Shown piece by piece: positions 1 to 8,693 of a stretch of DNA of 61,733 bases. The notes under the pieces are model-generated. The model searched no databases and was not told the origin of the DNA. It worked only from the letters and a program-made list of their open reading frames with translations. How positions within the stretch are numbered: position 1 is the stretch's first letter; the number at the start of each line of letters is the position of its first letter. The stretch lies in the IMG/VR virus record IMGVR_UViG_3300023371_000086. The stretch is one strand, 5' to 3'. A program made the translations under genes and the position numbers. Source of the DNA: an uncultured virus (IMG/VR IMGVR_UViG_3300023371_000086). Taxonomy: Duplodnaviria; Heunggongvirae; Uroviricota; Caudoviricetes.

Positions 1-340
1 TCATATACTGAAACTCCTCTCCATACGGATCAATATCATAAGCCAAGGCAATGTGTTTAGCAAGATGACCTTTCTCATGGTCGTAGGAATGAGCGAACTC
101 ATCTGGACTACTAGTCTTGGCAATCACCATGACAGTCTCTCCCTTTCTGCTATTGGAATAAGTAAAGCCAGTATTAAGTTCTCCGGACTCAAGATTCTCC
201 TTTGCTCTCCTATACTTCTCTCCTGAACATCCAATTCTTTTGAGTTCATTCAGTATGTCTTCCACCCAATAAGTGGTCACTGAGTAGAAGACCTTGCAAT
301 GCCAATCGTAGTCCGGTAGGTATATGTCATGTACTATCAT
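1..340 (-). CDS. HExxH zincin-like putative metallopeptidase, truncated by window edge (module gene 6, left copy); not in ORF track
   Basis: Manual translation from ATG 340: MIVHDIYLPDYDWHCKVFY...SYDHEKGHLAKHIALAYDIDPYGEEFQYM; homologous to 56390..56794. Confidence 0.75.
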   Translation of the reverse strand, partial: MIVHDIYLPDYDWHCKVFYSVTTYWVEDILNELKRIGCSGEKYRRAKENLESGELNTGFTYSNSRKGETVMVIAKTSSPDEFAHSYDHEKGHLAKHIALAYDIDPYGEEFQYM

Positions 341-342
341 GG

Positions 343-774
343 CTACAATATATCTTCCCAAGGGATAGGAACTCCGTTTCCATCCATCTTGGCAATCCAC
401 ATTCTGAAAAGATTTTCGGGATTGTCGTCAACATCATCTATAATGCACTTAATGTGCTTTGCAAGATGCTGTTCATCTTCTATGGACTCCTTCCAAAAAT
501 CGGCAAGGATCATGTTTGCTACATATACGAAGTTGTATCCTATGTTGTTCTTTAGGGTAACTCCATTCTTTGTAAGCATTTCTTCCACTCTCTCCTTTGA
601 ATATGGCTCAATCTTTTCCAGGTTTCCAGTAGCCTTGCTTTCTCTTTCCATTAAAGAAACAGCCCATTCGCAAGCCTTCTTCGAGAATGAGTATCCATAG
701 TTACGGAGATAAGCCTTCATCCTAGGAGGCATCATCTCCACATCATACATATCAAGAGGTGTTCTTCTTTTCAT
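343..774 (-). CDS. conserved phage hypothetical protein (module gene 5, left copy)
   Basis: 143 aa; clear homolog of 56791..57216 (PLDxYD...YLRxYG...GxPxxWEDIL). Confidence 0.85.
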   Translation of the reverse strand: MKRRTPLDMYDVEMMPPRMKAYLRNYGYSFSKKACEWAVSLMERESKATGNLEKIEPYSKERVEEMLTKNGVTLKNNIGYNFVYVANMILADFWKESIEDEQHLAKHIKCIIDDVDDNPENLFRMWIAKMDGNGVPIPWEDIL

Positions 775-788
775 ATCACTCTTTCTTA

Positions 789-812
789 AAAGAGGGGAGT
801 TTCCTCCCCTCT
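789..812 (-). terminator. hairpin/putative terminator between module genes 4 and 5
   Basis: AGAGGGGAG-TTTC-CTCCCCTCT inverted repeat with short T tract on minus strand; a hairpin sits at the same position in the right copy. Confidence 0.55.
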
Positions 813-818
813 GATTAA

Positions 819-1121
819 CTACCTGCGTCTTCTGCGTCTTTCGTTCATGTCGTCATCCTCATCGTCATAGTCGAATCGGTTTCCGTACATTGATCGACTG
901 CTGTAAGAGCCACCTCCCTGGCTTCCTCTGCCTCCGTATGAACCGCCTCCGGAACCGCCAGAACCCATCTGGCCATAGTTTCCTCTTTCGCCCATACTCT
1001 CAGGGTCTTCCATCATCTGCTCTACGCATTGCATGGCTTTTCCCATATACTTCAGAGCCTTTTCGATATGGTCGGAAACTTTCTCAACCTTATCTTCTGT
1101 GATTTCAACAATGTATCCCAT
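819..1121 (-). CDS. Gly/Asp/Arg-rich low-complexity protein (module gene 4, left copy)
   Basis: N-terminal helix, GGS linker, acidic run, poly-Arg tail; homolog of 57274..57582. Confidence 0.75.
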   Translation of the reverse strand: MGYIVEITEDKVEKVSDHIEKALKYMGKAMQCVEQMMEDPESMGERGNYGQMGSGGSGGGSYGGRGSQGGGSYSSRSMYGNRFDYDDEDDDMNERRRRRR

Positions 1122-1123
1122 AA

Positions 1124-1642
1124 TTATTCCTCCTTACTTCTTTTAGATTTAGACTGTTCCAGGGCATTAGACAGCATGGACATCATATCCCTAAGGGTAT
1201 CTTTGATGCCGACTACCTCTCCCTCAAGCATTGTCATCTTCTCTTCATGCTCCTTTTCTTTCTTGAAACTTGGATTCAAATCTCTGAGGATTCCATCGCA
1301 AGAGGCAAGCACCTTTTCGTGATAACCAACACTATCTAGGATTCCCTTGCTTGTATGGAGTAATCCTTCAACCTCTGCACTCATTGCCTCCTTGCTGTCA
1401 CTTACAATGACACTTCCACTGTTTGCAATACTAGCATTGGCATTGAGCTGTTTGAACTCAAGGATTTCTTCGTCAACTTTGACCTTTACATCTACAACCA
1501 TCTCCGGCTGCGTATTATAGCCAAACTGACCATACTTTGGTTGTGGATTGGTCATACTTACCACTTGACCAATCTTGAGCTTTAGTTCTTCTCCTTTCTC
1601 TAGGATGTAGAACAATCCATTCTGTCTAAGCCCTGAAAACAT
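1124..1642 (-). CDS. hypothetical protein with C-terminal coiled coil (module gene 3, left copy)
   Basis: 172 aa; homolog of 57596..58135 (FxxLR, IGQV, VVDxxVK, CDxILxxLNP). Confidence 0.8.
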   Translation of the reverse strand: MFSGLRQNGLFYILEKGEELKLKIGQVVSMTNPQPKYGQFGYNTQPEMVVDVKVKVDEEILEFKQLNANASIANSGSVIVSDSKEAMSAEVEGLLHTSKGILDSVGYHEKVLASCDGILRDLNPSFKKEKEHEEKMTMLEGEVVGIKDTLRDMMSMLSNALEQSKSKRSKEE

Positions 1643-1664
1643 ATCTAAATCATTTTGTTGTTAC

Positions 1665-2030
1665 TTAAAACGAACCCGAAGCCTCCGGTGCCGAAGCAGC
1701 AGCCGCAGCAGCCGCAGGTGCTTCATAAGTTCCAACCAATTGCAATCTACCTGTTCGGCTGTTATAGTAAACAAGTACAAGGCTTGCTGTATCTGCTCCA
1801 CCTAAGTCAGCTACAGTTGCTTGACCTCCACTTGAGTTGAGAAGCTGAACTGAGCCAAAGAGGACGGGCAGAGTATCTGTAGCAGCCGTTGGAATAGGCT
1901 GTTGCAAATCAACGAGCAACAGACCAGTAAAAGCATTGTTCCTAAAAGCATCAAATGTGTAGGTCACATTTGTAGCTGTTGCGGTAACGCCTCTACTTTC
2001 TATTCCTATAGTTCTGTCTAAGATAAACAT
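1665..2030 (-). CDS. small beta-rich hypothetical protein (module gene 2, left copy)
   Basis: 121 aa; homolog of 58150..58524 (VTxTAT, TxTLPVxF, T.AD). Confidence 0.8.
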   Translation of the reverse strand: MFILDRTIGIESRGVTATATNVTYTFDAFRNNAFTGLLLVDLQQPIPTAATDTLPVLFGSVQLLNSSGGQATVADLGGADTASLVLVYYNSRTGRLQLVGTYEAPAAAAAAASAPEASGSF

Positions 2031-2041
2031 ACTCGTAAGGT

Positions 2042-2914
2042 TTAGAATGCGTTGTTAAATCCGAAACCAAATGGGAATCCGAAACCTCCGAAGCCTCCAC
2101 AGAATGGTGCGTTGATGCTACGATCTACACGAACATACTCTGGAGTGGCAGGGATAACCTCTGTCTTTGGCAACTTGCACTTGATGCTTGCTACATCCTC
2201 TGCGATAGGGGCGAGCATTGCATGGAACTGAGCTGTCTGCTGTGCGTTGTTAAGCATTGCTGCCTGCTGTGAGTTTTTCTCACGGAGAGCATCGAGCTTG
2301 TCCTGGAGTTCACGCATCTCGGCTGCTCTCTGACCTTCTAGAATCTGTGCAGTTGATGATGCGATTGCCTTTTCGATGCTGCAAGTCTGGTCTTTGAAAG
2401 CATAACCTATTGAGGAGAAGCCCTCACTCATTATGCCCTTGAGATCGCAGCAACAAGTTGCGAGCTGAGTAGCAAGACTTGCGTTGCCTGCCTGGAGTGC
2501 GTTGATTACCTGCTGGAATGACATTGCGTTCTGACCTGCGAGATTGCAAATCTGAGTAGACACCTGAGTTACAGCATCCTGCACTCTTGCAGTTGAGCAA
2601 CCGATTGTCTGAGCGAGCTGTGAGAGGTCTGTGCCATTACGCTGAATAGCGGACATGAGCATTTCTCTCTCTGCGGAGTTGCTGTTGCCACCTCCTCCGA
2701 AGATGCCACCTCCATTGTTGTTTCCAAAGAGAGCGGCTACGATGATAAGAGCGATGATGCTCTCAAAGCCATTGTTTCCGAAGAAACCACCATTGTTTCC
2801 TCCCATGTTGTACAGGATAGCAGGGTCAATTCCCCTCTGCTGTAGGAATGGAAGAAGGGCATTCAGAGAAGCATTGCCCTCTGTGCCGAACTGATACACT
2901 TTTGTGTCTGACAT
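2042..2914 (-). CDS. Gly/Asn-rich, single-TM, CCC-motif coiled-coil protein (module gene 1, left copy)
   Basis: Likely start MSDTK at 2914; IIALIIVAALF hydrophobic stretch, TCCCDLK, GFGF tail; homolog of 58546..59553. Confidence 0.85.
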   Translation of the reverse strand: MSDTKVYQFGTEGNASLNALLPFLQQRGIDPAILYNMGGNNGGFFGNNGFESIIALIIVAALFGNNNGGGIFGGGGNSNSAEREMLMSAIQRNGTDLSQLAQTIGCSTARVQDAVTQVSTQICNLAGQNAMSFQQVINALQAGNASLATQLATCCCDLKGIMSEGFSSIGYAFKDQTCSIEKAIASSTAQILEGQRAAEMRELQDKLDALREKNSQQAAMLNNAQQTAQFHAMLAPIAEDVASIKCKLPKTEVIPATPEYVRVDRSINAPFCGGFGGFGFPFGFGFNNAF

Positions 2915-2982
2915 AATTAAAAAGTTTAGCGTGACAGCACCATTGCTATCACGCCACAAAAGTCAGACATAGTTATTGCCTC

Positions 2983-3273
2983 CTAAAGGAGTTGTTGCCT
3001 AGCTAGTTCGAAGTTATTGCCGATGTCACTACTTATTAGCTTCAATCTCATAGGTAGTGTATGCAAAGCATGATTTACTGTTCTACTTGGGTGACGGATC
3101 AACTCCGAAATCTCTTTCGAACAATAACCTTTCATCCTCATAAAGTAGATGACCAGCCACCTTGCATCTACTACCTCCTTCACTCTTGACTTTCCAAGAA
3201 CATCCTGTTCAGTCACATCTGTCAGTTCAGTCACGACCTTGATGACCTTGCTGAAATCTTCGCTCTTTCCCAT
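2983..3273 (-). CDS. DnaA domain-IV-like helix-turn-helix DNA-binding protein
   Basis: DVLGKSRVKEVVDARWLVIYFMR...EISELI..HPSRTVNHAL resembles the DnaA C-terminal HTH pattern. Confidence 0.65.
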   Translation of the reverse strand: MGKSEDFSKVIKVVTELTDVTEQDVLGKSRVKEVVDARWLVIYFMRMKGYCSKEISELIRHPSRTVNHALHTLPMRLKLISSDIGNNFELARQQLL

Positions 3274-3363
3274 CGTAATAAAAATTACACATCTCCGGTC
3301 ATTACAAAAGAAAAGCCACTACATATAGTAGTGGCTATCAAGTTATTGCTCAATATAGAAATA

Positions 3364-3858
3364 TCAACTTTTCGGTCTAAACTTACAGTCGAAAACACAT
3401 GGAGCATAGTCTTGCTGTTCTGCATGCAAAGCTTGTCTTTGTATATTTTCAACATGCTGAATCAATGGACCTATAGAACCTGATATATGCTTTGCATTAT
3501 ACTCCGAATATGCCTTAAATGCGCTGTGCATTATCTCTCTTACGTCTTTATCGCATATCATCATACTTACTATAGCTGAGATAACACACCTGCTATTGCC
3601 ATATGCATTGCACATTACATCACCTTTGTCGTATGAGATACATATCACACCTTTAGGTTCACCATTGTTCCATTCAATGCCATTTGCCAAAGAACTGATG
3701 TCTTTCATCAATTCCTCCATTGTTTTCGAATCACACATACAATCTGTTTTTAATGAACTACATGCTTCATCTGAGTTCCAACATCCTTGCCAAACAAAAT
3801 AAGCACTGTCAATAGTGCTTATTTTACTTTCATTGACTAAACTAAAACAACTCAACAA
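3364..3858 (-). CDS. hypothetical protein (true start probably further downstream)
   Basis: ORF track, co-oriented with neighbours. Confidence 0.5.
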   Translation of the reverse strand: MLSCFSLVNESKISTIDSAYFVWQGCWNSDEACSSLKTDCMCDSKTMEELMKDISSLANGIEWNNGEPKGVICISYDKGDVMCNAYGNSRCVISAIVSMMICDKDVREIMHSAFKAYSEYNAKHISGSIGPLIQHVENIQRQALHAEQQDYAPCVFDCKFRPKS

Positions 3859-3955
3859 CTTATGATAGGAAAATAAGATTCATTGTACATTTTTACACAA
3901 AAAACGGACATTATCCATTGATAACATCCGTTTCACTGTACATTCTTGTACATTA

Positions 3956-4459
3956 TTATATAAATCTGCGTATAAACCCAAAAATAGACTTTCTATATTT
4001 CAGCATCAAAAGGGATAAGGCAATCCAAAATCCTATCATCTGAGTCTTCTGCCACCAGGTAAGGTCTCTAGGCACCTTTACTTCTACTGGGTACGGCTTC
4101 GGAACTTCCACTTCCCTATCACGAAATACTACACTGTCTTTTTTTACTACAGGTGTCTCTGTAGGAACCGGGACTTTTCCTTTCTTATTATTCAATGTAT
4201 GATGCAGCCTACCGGAACTATCTATACTAGCATCACTTTCGGCAAAGTCTGTTTCAAGGTGCGAATGTGAATCCTGTGTAGTATTCTCCTTTTCTTGAGA
4301 GGGAACACTTACAAAGACAGTGTCTTTTACATATATCGTTTCAACATTAGTAACTATTCTTACACTATCTCTTACAGAAGGACCAGGAGAAGGTGCCTTG
4401 CTTACTGTTCCGCACGACATTAGCAAGAACAGCAATATCGTGAAAATAAACTCCTTCAT
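3956..4459 (-). CDS. lipoprotein, candidate unimolecular spanin
   Basis: Lipobox LLMSC at N-terminus, C-terminal TM (WWQKTQMIGFWIALSLLML), downstream of holin and endolysin. Confidence 0.65.
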   Translation of the reverse strand: MKEFIFTILLFLLMSCGTVSKAPSPGPSVRDSVRIVTNVETIYVKDTVFVSVPSQEKENTTQDSHSHLETDFAESDASIDSSGRLHHTLNNKKGKVPVPTETPVVKKDSVVFRDREVEVPKPYPVEVKVPRDLTWWQKTQMIGFWIALSLLMLKYRKSIFGFIRRFI

Positions 4460-4470
4460 ACGCCTTTTAC

Positions 4471-4908
4471 TTACATATTTAGTCCGTCTGCCGTAGGTTC
4501 AATCTTAGAGCCTGTTGACGGGTCTTTGCTTGACGGATAGGGGTTTGGTTCATCCAATCTCTTAAGGTCCATTCCGAGCCACATAATGGCTTCTTGGAGC
4601 TTTGTGATTGACAGACTTCGTTCCCTGCTTGAAGGAGCAAGCTTTACCATCTGCAGAATTTCATCGATCTGCTTTCGCATATCCTTGTTGAACATAACCT
4701 CATCTTCGTGGGTCATGTCATTCATGTTGGTCTCCGTAACCCTAGTGGCTTCGACTATGTAATGATTCTTTTCGATAGCCTCAAGCATATCGGTTGCTCC
4801 TTTTACATAAGCAGTACCAATAACTCCTTCTGCTGCTTTGATTTCCGGGGTGAACTCTACTATACTTTTTGCTAGTTCAACTGATTTTGCTTCAATGTCT
4901 AAATACAT
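4471..4908 (-). CDS. Acb2/Tad1-like helical-hairpin protein (candidate anti-defence nucleotide sponge)
   Basis: SRERSLSITKLQEAIMWLGMDLKR motif. Confidence 0.55.
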   Translation of the reverse strand: MYLDIEAKSVELAKSIVEFTPEIKAAEGVIGTAYVKGATDMLEAIEKNHYIVEATRVTETNMNDMTHEDEVMFNKDMRKQIDEILQMVKLAPSSRERSLSITKLQEAIMWLGMDLKRLDEPNPYPSSKDPSTGSKIEPTADGLNM

Positions 4909-4984
4909 AATAACTTACTTTATTTGATTATTACTTTCACCATACAAACATGGGGAATAATGAGGAATTTTGAGGGAATTCCCT

Positions 4985-5602
4985 CTAATCCATTGTAGCA
5001 GCTATATACGAAACTATTGCATCAACATGACATCGTATAACTGCATTCCTTCCTTCGGTAGACAGCAGATACTTTACATCCGTCTTACTATCCATAAAGA
5101 AGTTCTCAGTCAGCACTGCGGGACAGAGGGTATCGGTTAGGATAGTAAACTTCGCTTCCTTGTCTCTTTCTCCGTCAACTTGCTTCCATTCCCTTATGGT
5201 CTGACCTTCAAAGTGGCGCTTTGCCATTGACATGAAATGGTCTGCAAGATCGTCACTCTTAGTCTTTCCAGGCGATGTCCAAACCTCCCATCCTGTAGCA
5301 TTCATCCATTTGCTTCCACTGCCGGCAGCATTACAATGAATGGACACACAAAGGACATTTTCTTTTCCCATAGAATGGCACTTTACATTGACTCTATGCA
5401 CTCTCTCCAAAAGACTAACATCGTATAGCTCCGGGGTGAGGAAATCAGCATCGTAGCCAAGTCTTCTTAGTTCAGAAACAACCTTTGAAGCAATCTCTCT
5501 TGTATAGGTAGCTTCTATCAACTTTCCGTCCGGGCTTCTCTTTCCAGGGGTGTTATTGCCATGTCCATTGTCGACAAGTATCAATACATTATCTTTTGCC
5601 AT
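4985..5602 (-). CDS. endolysin, N-acetylmuramoyl-L-alanine amidase (Amidase_3)
   Basis: DNGHG, E, SIHCNA, PAVLTENFFMD zinc-amidase motifs; likely start MAKDN at 5602. Confidence 0.92.
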   Translation of the reverse strand: MAKDNVLILVDNGHGNNTPGKRSPDGKLIEATYTREIASKVVSELRRLGYDADFLTPELYDVSLLERVHRVNVKCHSMGKENVLCVSIHCNAAGSGSKWMNATGWEVWTSPGKTKSDDLADHFMSMAKRHFEGQTIREWKQVDGERDKEAKFTILTDTLCPAVLTENFFMDSKTDVKYLLSTEGRNAVIRCHVDAIVSYIAATMD

Positions 5603-5798
5603 TTCTTCTTTCCTCCCAACTTTTATACAAGTGATCATATTCAACAAGTGGAACTTCCACTTTGAGACCTCCTTTATAAAGCACGGTCATTGTCTCATAG
5701 CCAGGCTTTTGATTCTCTTTCGGTCTAGCATTGATATGTTGGATATCATCCAAAGGAATAAGCTGCTTATCCCTCGTTTCAAAGATTGCCTTTGCCAT
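5589..5798 (-). CDS. hypothetical protein
   Basis: 69 aa, overlaps holin stop and endolysin start. Confidence 0.6.
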   Translation of the reverse strand: MAKAIFETRDKQLIPLDDIQHINARPKENQKPGYETMTVLYKGGLKVEVPLVEYDHLYKSWEERRNGKR

Positions 5799-6258
5799 TC
5801 TTTTTTTCCTCCTTTCTAAGTTTTCCGTCTGCCTTGATTGCCTTTACGATCTTCTCGGCAGTCTCGTTGTCTGTTGCTTCAACAATGGCTTCTATAATGT
5901 CTGCCACTTGTGCTGCACTTGACTTCTTTTTCTGAAAGTTCTCCAAGACACTTTTGCCCTCAATGATGAGGATTCCAAGGGTGCAGACTACGGCAGCATA
6001 AGGAATAATATACCATGTGAAAGACAATCCGAGTACATCAATCAGCACACCGAAGATAACCACACGAAGATAGTCAAGAGCCTTGGCTACCGTTCTGCGG
6101 AGTGCCTTGCTCCGTATCTTTTCACGATTCTTTCTTGCTGCATCTATGCCAGTCCACAAGTCAATGAGACAAGCTGCTATAACAAGGACACAACACATGA
6201 ATATGATTGTGATTCCGTGTCCTATGTCCTGAGTGAGATTCAAATGTAAATTCCACAT
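5779..6258 (-). CDS. holin (Bacteroidales phage type)
   Basis: Three TM segments, IDLWTG..A, S..LRRT..K, EGKSVLEN; homolog of 55929..56402. Confidence 0.85.
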   Translation of the reverse strand: MWNLHLNLTQDIGHGITIIFMCCVLVIAACLIDLWTGIDAARKNREKIRSKALRRTVAKALDYLRVVIFGVLIDVLGLSFTWYIIPYAAVVCTLGILIIEGKSVLENFQKKKSSAAQVADIIEAIVEATDNETAEKIVKAIKADGKLRKEEKKNGKGNL

Positions 6259-6283
6259 GTCTTTTCAAGTCAAGTTTTAAGAT

Positions 6284-6305
6284 GCTCCCCACCGAAGCAG
6301 GGAGC
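6284..6305 (-). terminator. putative terminator after left tail cassette
   Basis: GCTCCC...GGGAGC hairpin just past the stop of 6315..6629. Confidence 0.4.
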
Positions 6306-6314
6306 AAACATGAA

Positions 6315-6629
6315 TTAGAGAGCTTCGCCCTTAGCGATCTTTGCTTCGAGACCTGCTATTGCTTCGGAGATAGCGGTTGCTACCTCTATCTCTCTGCCTT
6401 TGATGATGTTCATATTGACACGCATCTCATTGCCGTCCGGACTACCATATTCTACGGTATGGAAGTCAGCGATTGACTTAGGCTCATCATCACCTTCTGT
6501 CACATTGCCTCCGTTGATGTTCTTGAGCTTTCCGGTGCCGTGGTCTATGGCGAATGAAAATGTAGTCTTCAGGCTTCCCGAAACTGCTTCGTAGTTGCCT
6601 GTTGTTGTGAGGTTTGTTACTGTTCCCAT
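6315..6629 (-). CDS. tail-cassette small protein
   Basis: 104 aa; close homolog of 59737..60036. Confidence 0.8.
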   Translation of the reverse strand: MGTVTNLTTTGNYEAVSGSLKTTFSFAIDHGTGKLKNINGGNVTEGDDEPKSIADFHTVEYGSPDGNEMRVNMNIIKGREIEVATAISEAIAGLEAKIAKGEAL

Positions 6630-6652
6630 GATATATCAATTTAAGGGGTTAA

Positions 6653-7165
6653 TTATTCATCAAGTAGAGCCTTGATCTCAGCGTCGTCCACATCGTTCTT
6701 AGGCTCGACATATCCGTTGAAGATAGGAGCGAGAACCTGCATGGTTGCCGGAATTAGGTTCTGCTCTGCATCTCTGCAAGCCTTGCAGAACTCCTTTCGG
6801 TCAATCTGCTTGAGTTCTACTTCCGCATCCTTGTCAAGGTATGCATCAATAGCCTTGTTGAGTTTCTTGAGCTGAGATTGCACATCCTTGTAGTTATCGT
6901 TGATAACTGCCTGAACAGCCATTCTCTTTGTGCCTTCGAGAGCGTTCATCTTTGTGGTGAGCTCGTCATAAGCGGCGAGTCTATCCTTGTCAATAGTCTC
7001 GACTGTAAGCTTCCTTGCTGTGGTCTGAGCATTCTGGAATGAGTTGTTAACATCTGCGAGAGCAAGCGTGTTGCTGATAATCGCTTCTGTCATGTCGTCG
7101 CTCATCTTGTTGAGCTTGATGCCCAGGACTGCCTGATACATCGCAATTGCTGTGTTTCGTTTCAT
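6653..7165 (-). CDS. tail-cassette helical protein (possible fibre assembly chaperone)
   Basis: 170 aa; highly similar to 60058..60570. Confidence 0.8.
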   Translation of the reverse strand: MKRNTAIAMYQAVLGIKLNKMSDDMTEAIISNTLALADVNNSFQNAQTTARKLTVETIDKDRLAAYDELTTKMNALEGTKRMAVQAVINDNYKDVQSQLKKLNKAIDAYLDKDAEVELKQIDRKEFCKACRDAEQNLIPATMQVLAPIFNGYVEPKNDVDDAEIKALLDE

Positions 7166-7168
7166 GGC

Positions 7169-7363
7169 TTACTCTGCTTTAGGATTATCACTTCTCCATA
7201 CCTTGTAGGCTGTCCATCCTCCGAAGATAAGGTTAAGGATGCCCGCAACGGTGAAGATGTACTCGTGGGCGTTGATGCCGTGATAGATTGCTCCTGCCGA
7301 GCAGATGATGAAGACTATCACATAGATAGCCATCGCATAAGTTGTAATGATTCCTTTTTTCAT
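7169..7363 (-). CDS. small two-TM membrane protein
   Basis: 64 aa, two hydrophobic helices; absent from the right-hand cassette. Confidence 0.65.
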   Translation of the reverse strand: MKKGIITTYAMAIYVIVFIICSAGAIYHGINAHEYIFTVAGILNLIFGGWTAYKVWRSDNPKAE

Positions 7364-7375
7364 AATACTATAATA

Positions 7376-8680
7376 TTAAGGTTTTGAAACGTAATAAGTT
7401 TTTGCTGACAAAATAGTTACCTGTCCTTGGGTGCTGTTCTGATATTTTCTAGCGTAAATAGAAATAGTAAATGCAAGTTGAGAACCGTTACTCCAATCAT
7501 CAAACTGATAGTTCATGAGTGTATTCAGAACAGAATCCAATGTAAACGTCTGATTTGCGCCATACATATACATCGTATATTGCTGCTCTATTCCATTAAC
7601 TTGCGTTCCGTCAAGCTTGTACATCACTCCATACGCATTGGTGATATTCACCTGAATGTATATAGGGTCTTGCTGAGTAAACAGCCATTCGCTTGGTGTT
7701 ACCAATTTCAGCGAAGACGAAACATTGTTTAGGACATAGGTCTGACGACCATTGATTGTGCTTCTCTTGGTTGCATAACCGAGGTTGGCTGTGAGCGTTC
7801 CTTTCAGCCCAGTGAGAACCTTACCCATGATGGCAACAATAGTCTTCCTGTCGGCATTTTTTTCTATCTCCATCGAAAACAGCCATCTATCGCCAATCGG
7901 CTTTGTTGCACTTCCTACAGAAAGAGGTATCTTGTCTGTTTGGTAGGTCAAATTCTGCACGCCCACAGCAATCAAAAGCAATTCTTCATCTTCTCTATCA
8001 GCCAATTCTGGAATAACATAAGGATAAATATTACCTGAAACATCAGAAGGTAATACGCTTTCGCTATATGCAAATAGAATGTTAGGGAATGTAGATACCG
8101 ATAAGTCATTAACTTTTACATTAGTAGGTAGAAGCCATTGCATACTTCCTGTATAAAAAATATACAATGCAACATACATATCATTGGGCGCTTTAAGTAT
8201 ATCACCAAGCGTCACACATTTTGCTGGGTCGTAACCACTCTTTCCTGTACTATTGGCTATGATACTTACTCCATTTGCATAGTCAATATATAAGTCTCTC
8301 GGAAAGTCAAGATACAACGGACTTACAGCACCATGGTAATAACCATCCCAATCTCGCATTCTATTAGGAGATGTTGCACCTCCTTTGGGCTTGATATACT
8401 CATACACGGCATGAGGTTCTGTTGAAAAGCCTGCCTTGAAATATAACGACTCCTTACCAAAGCCATAGTGATTTTCCTTTCTTTGGGCTTCAGTAAGATT
8501 CACAGGAGTATTATAGTCTTCGGGCTTATACCTAGCGAACTTCTTAATCATGCTGCTCTGGCACAAGTCCTCAAAGTCACTTGATGCGGAGTTAATCAGC
8601 CCCGCGAGCTGTTGACACAGAGCCGTGTGGGTCTCCGTGTTGTTGTCTGCCATTGTGAATACGTTACCATTAACTGCCAT
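7376..8680 (-). CDS. putative receptor-binding/tail-tip adhesin, allele A
   Basis: 434 aa, directly downstream of tail fibre; first 38 aa identical to 60593..61720, remainder divergent and beta-rich. Confidence 0.65.
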   Translation of the reverse strand: MAVNGNVFTMADNNTETHTALCQQLAGLINSASSDFEDLCQSSMIKKFARYKPEDYNTPVNLTEAQRKENHYGFGKESLYFKAGFSTEPHAVYEYIKPKGGATSPNRMRDWDGYYHGAVSPLYLDFPRDLYIDYANGVSIIANSTGKSGYDPAKCVTLGDILKAPNDMYVALYIFYTGSMQWLLPTNVKVNDLSVSTFPNILFAYSESVLPSDVSGNIYPYVIPELADREDEELLLIAVGVQNLTYQTDKIPLSVGSATKPIGDRWLFSMEIEKNADRKTIVAIMGKVLTGLKGTLTANLGYATKRSTINGRQTYVLNNVSSSLKLVTPSEWLFTQQDPIYIQVNITNAYGVMYKLDGTQVNGIEQQYTMYMYGANQTFTLDSVLNTLMNYQFDDWSNGSQLAFTISIYARKYQNSTQGQVTILSAKTYYVSKP

Positions 8681-8693
8681 ATCTTAACCTCCT
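8567..8693 (+). repeat. 127-bp exact direct repeat, copy 1
   Basis: Identical to 61607..61733; offset 53,040 bp. Confidence 0.95.

Noticed and set aside
7376..8680. Diversity-generating retroelement or invertase shufflon acting on adhesins
   Set aside because: No reverse transcriptase or recombinase, no adenine-specific template/variable pair; the shared part is the contig junction in direct orientation.
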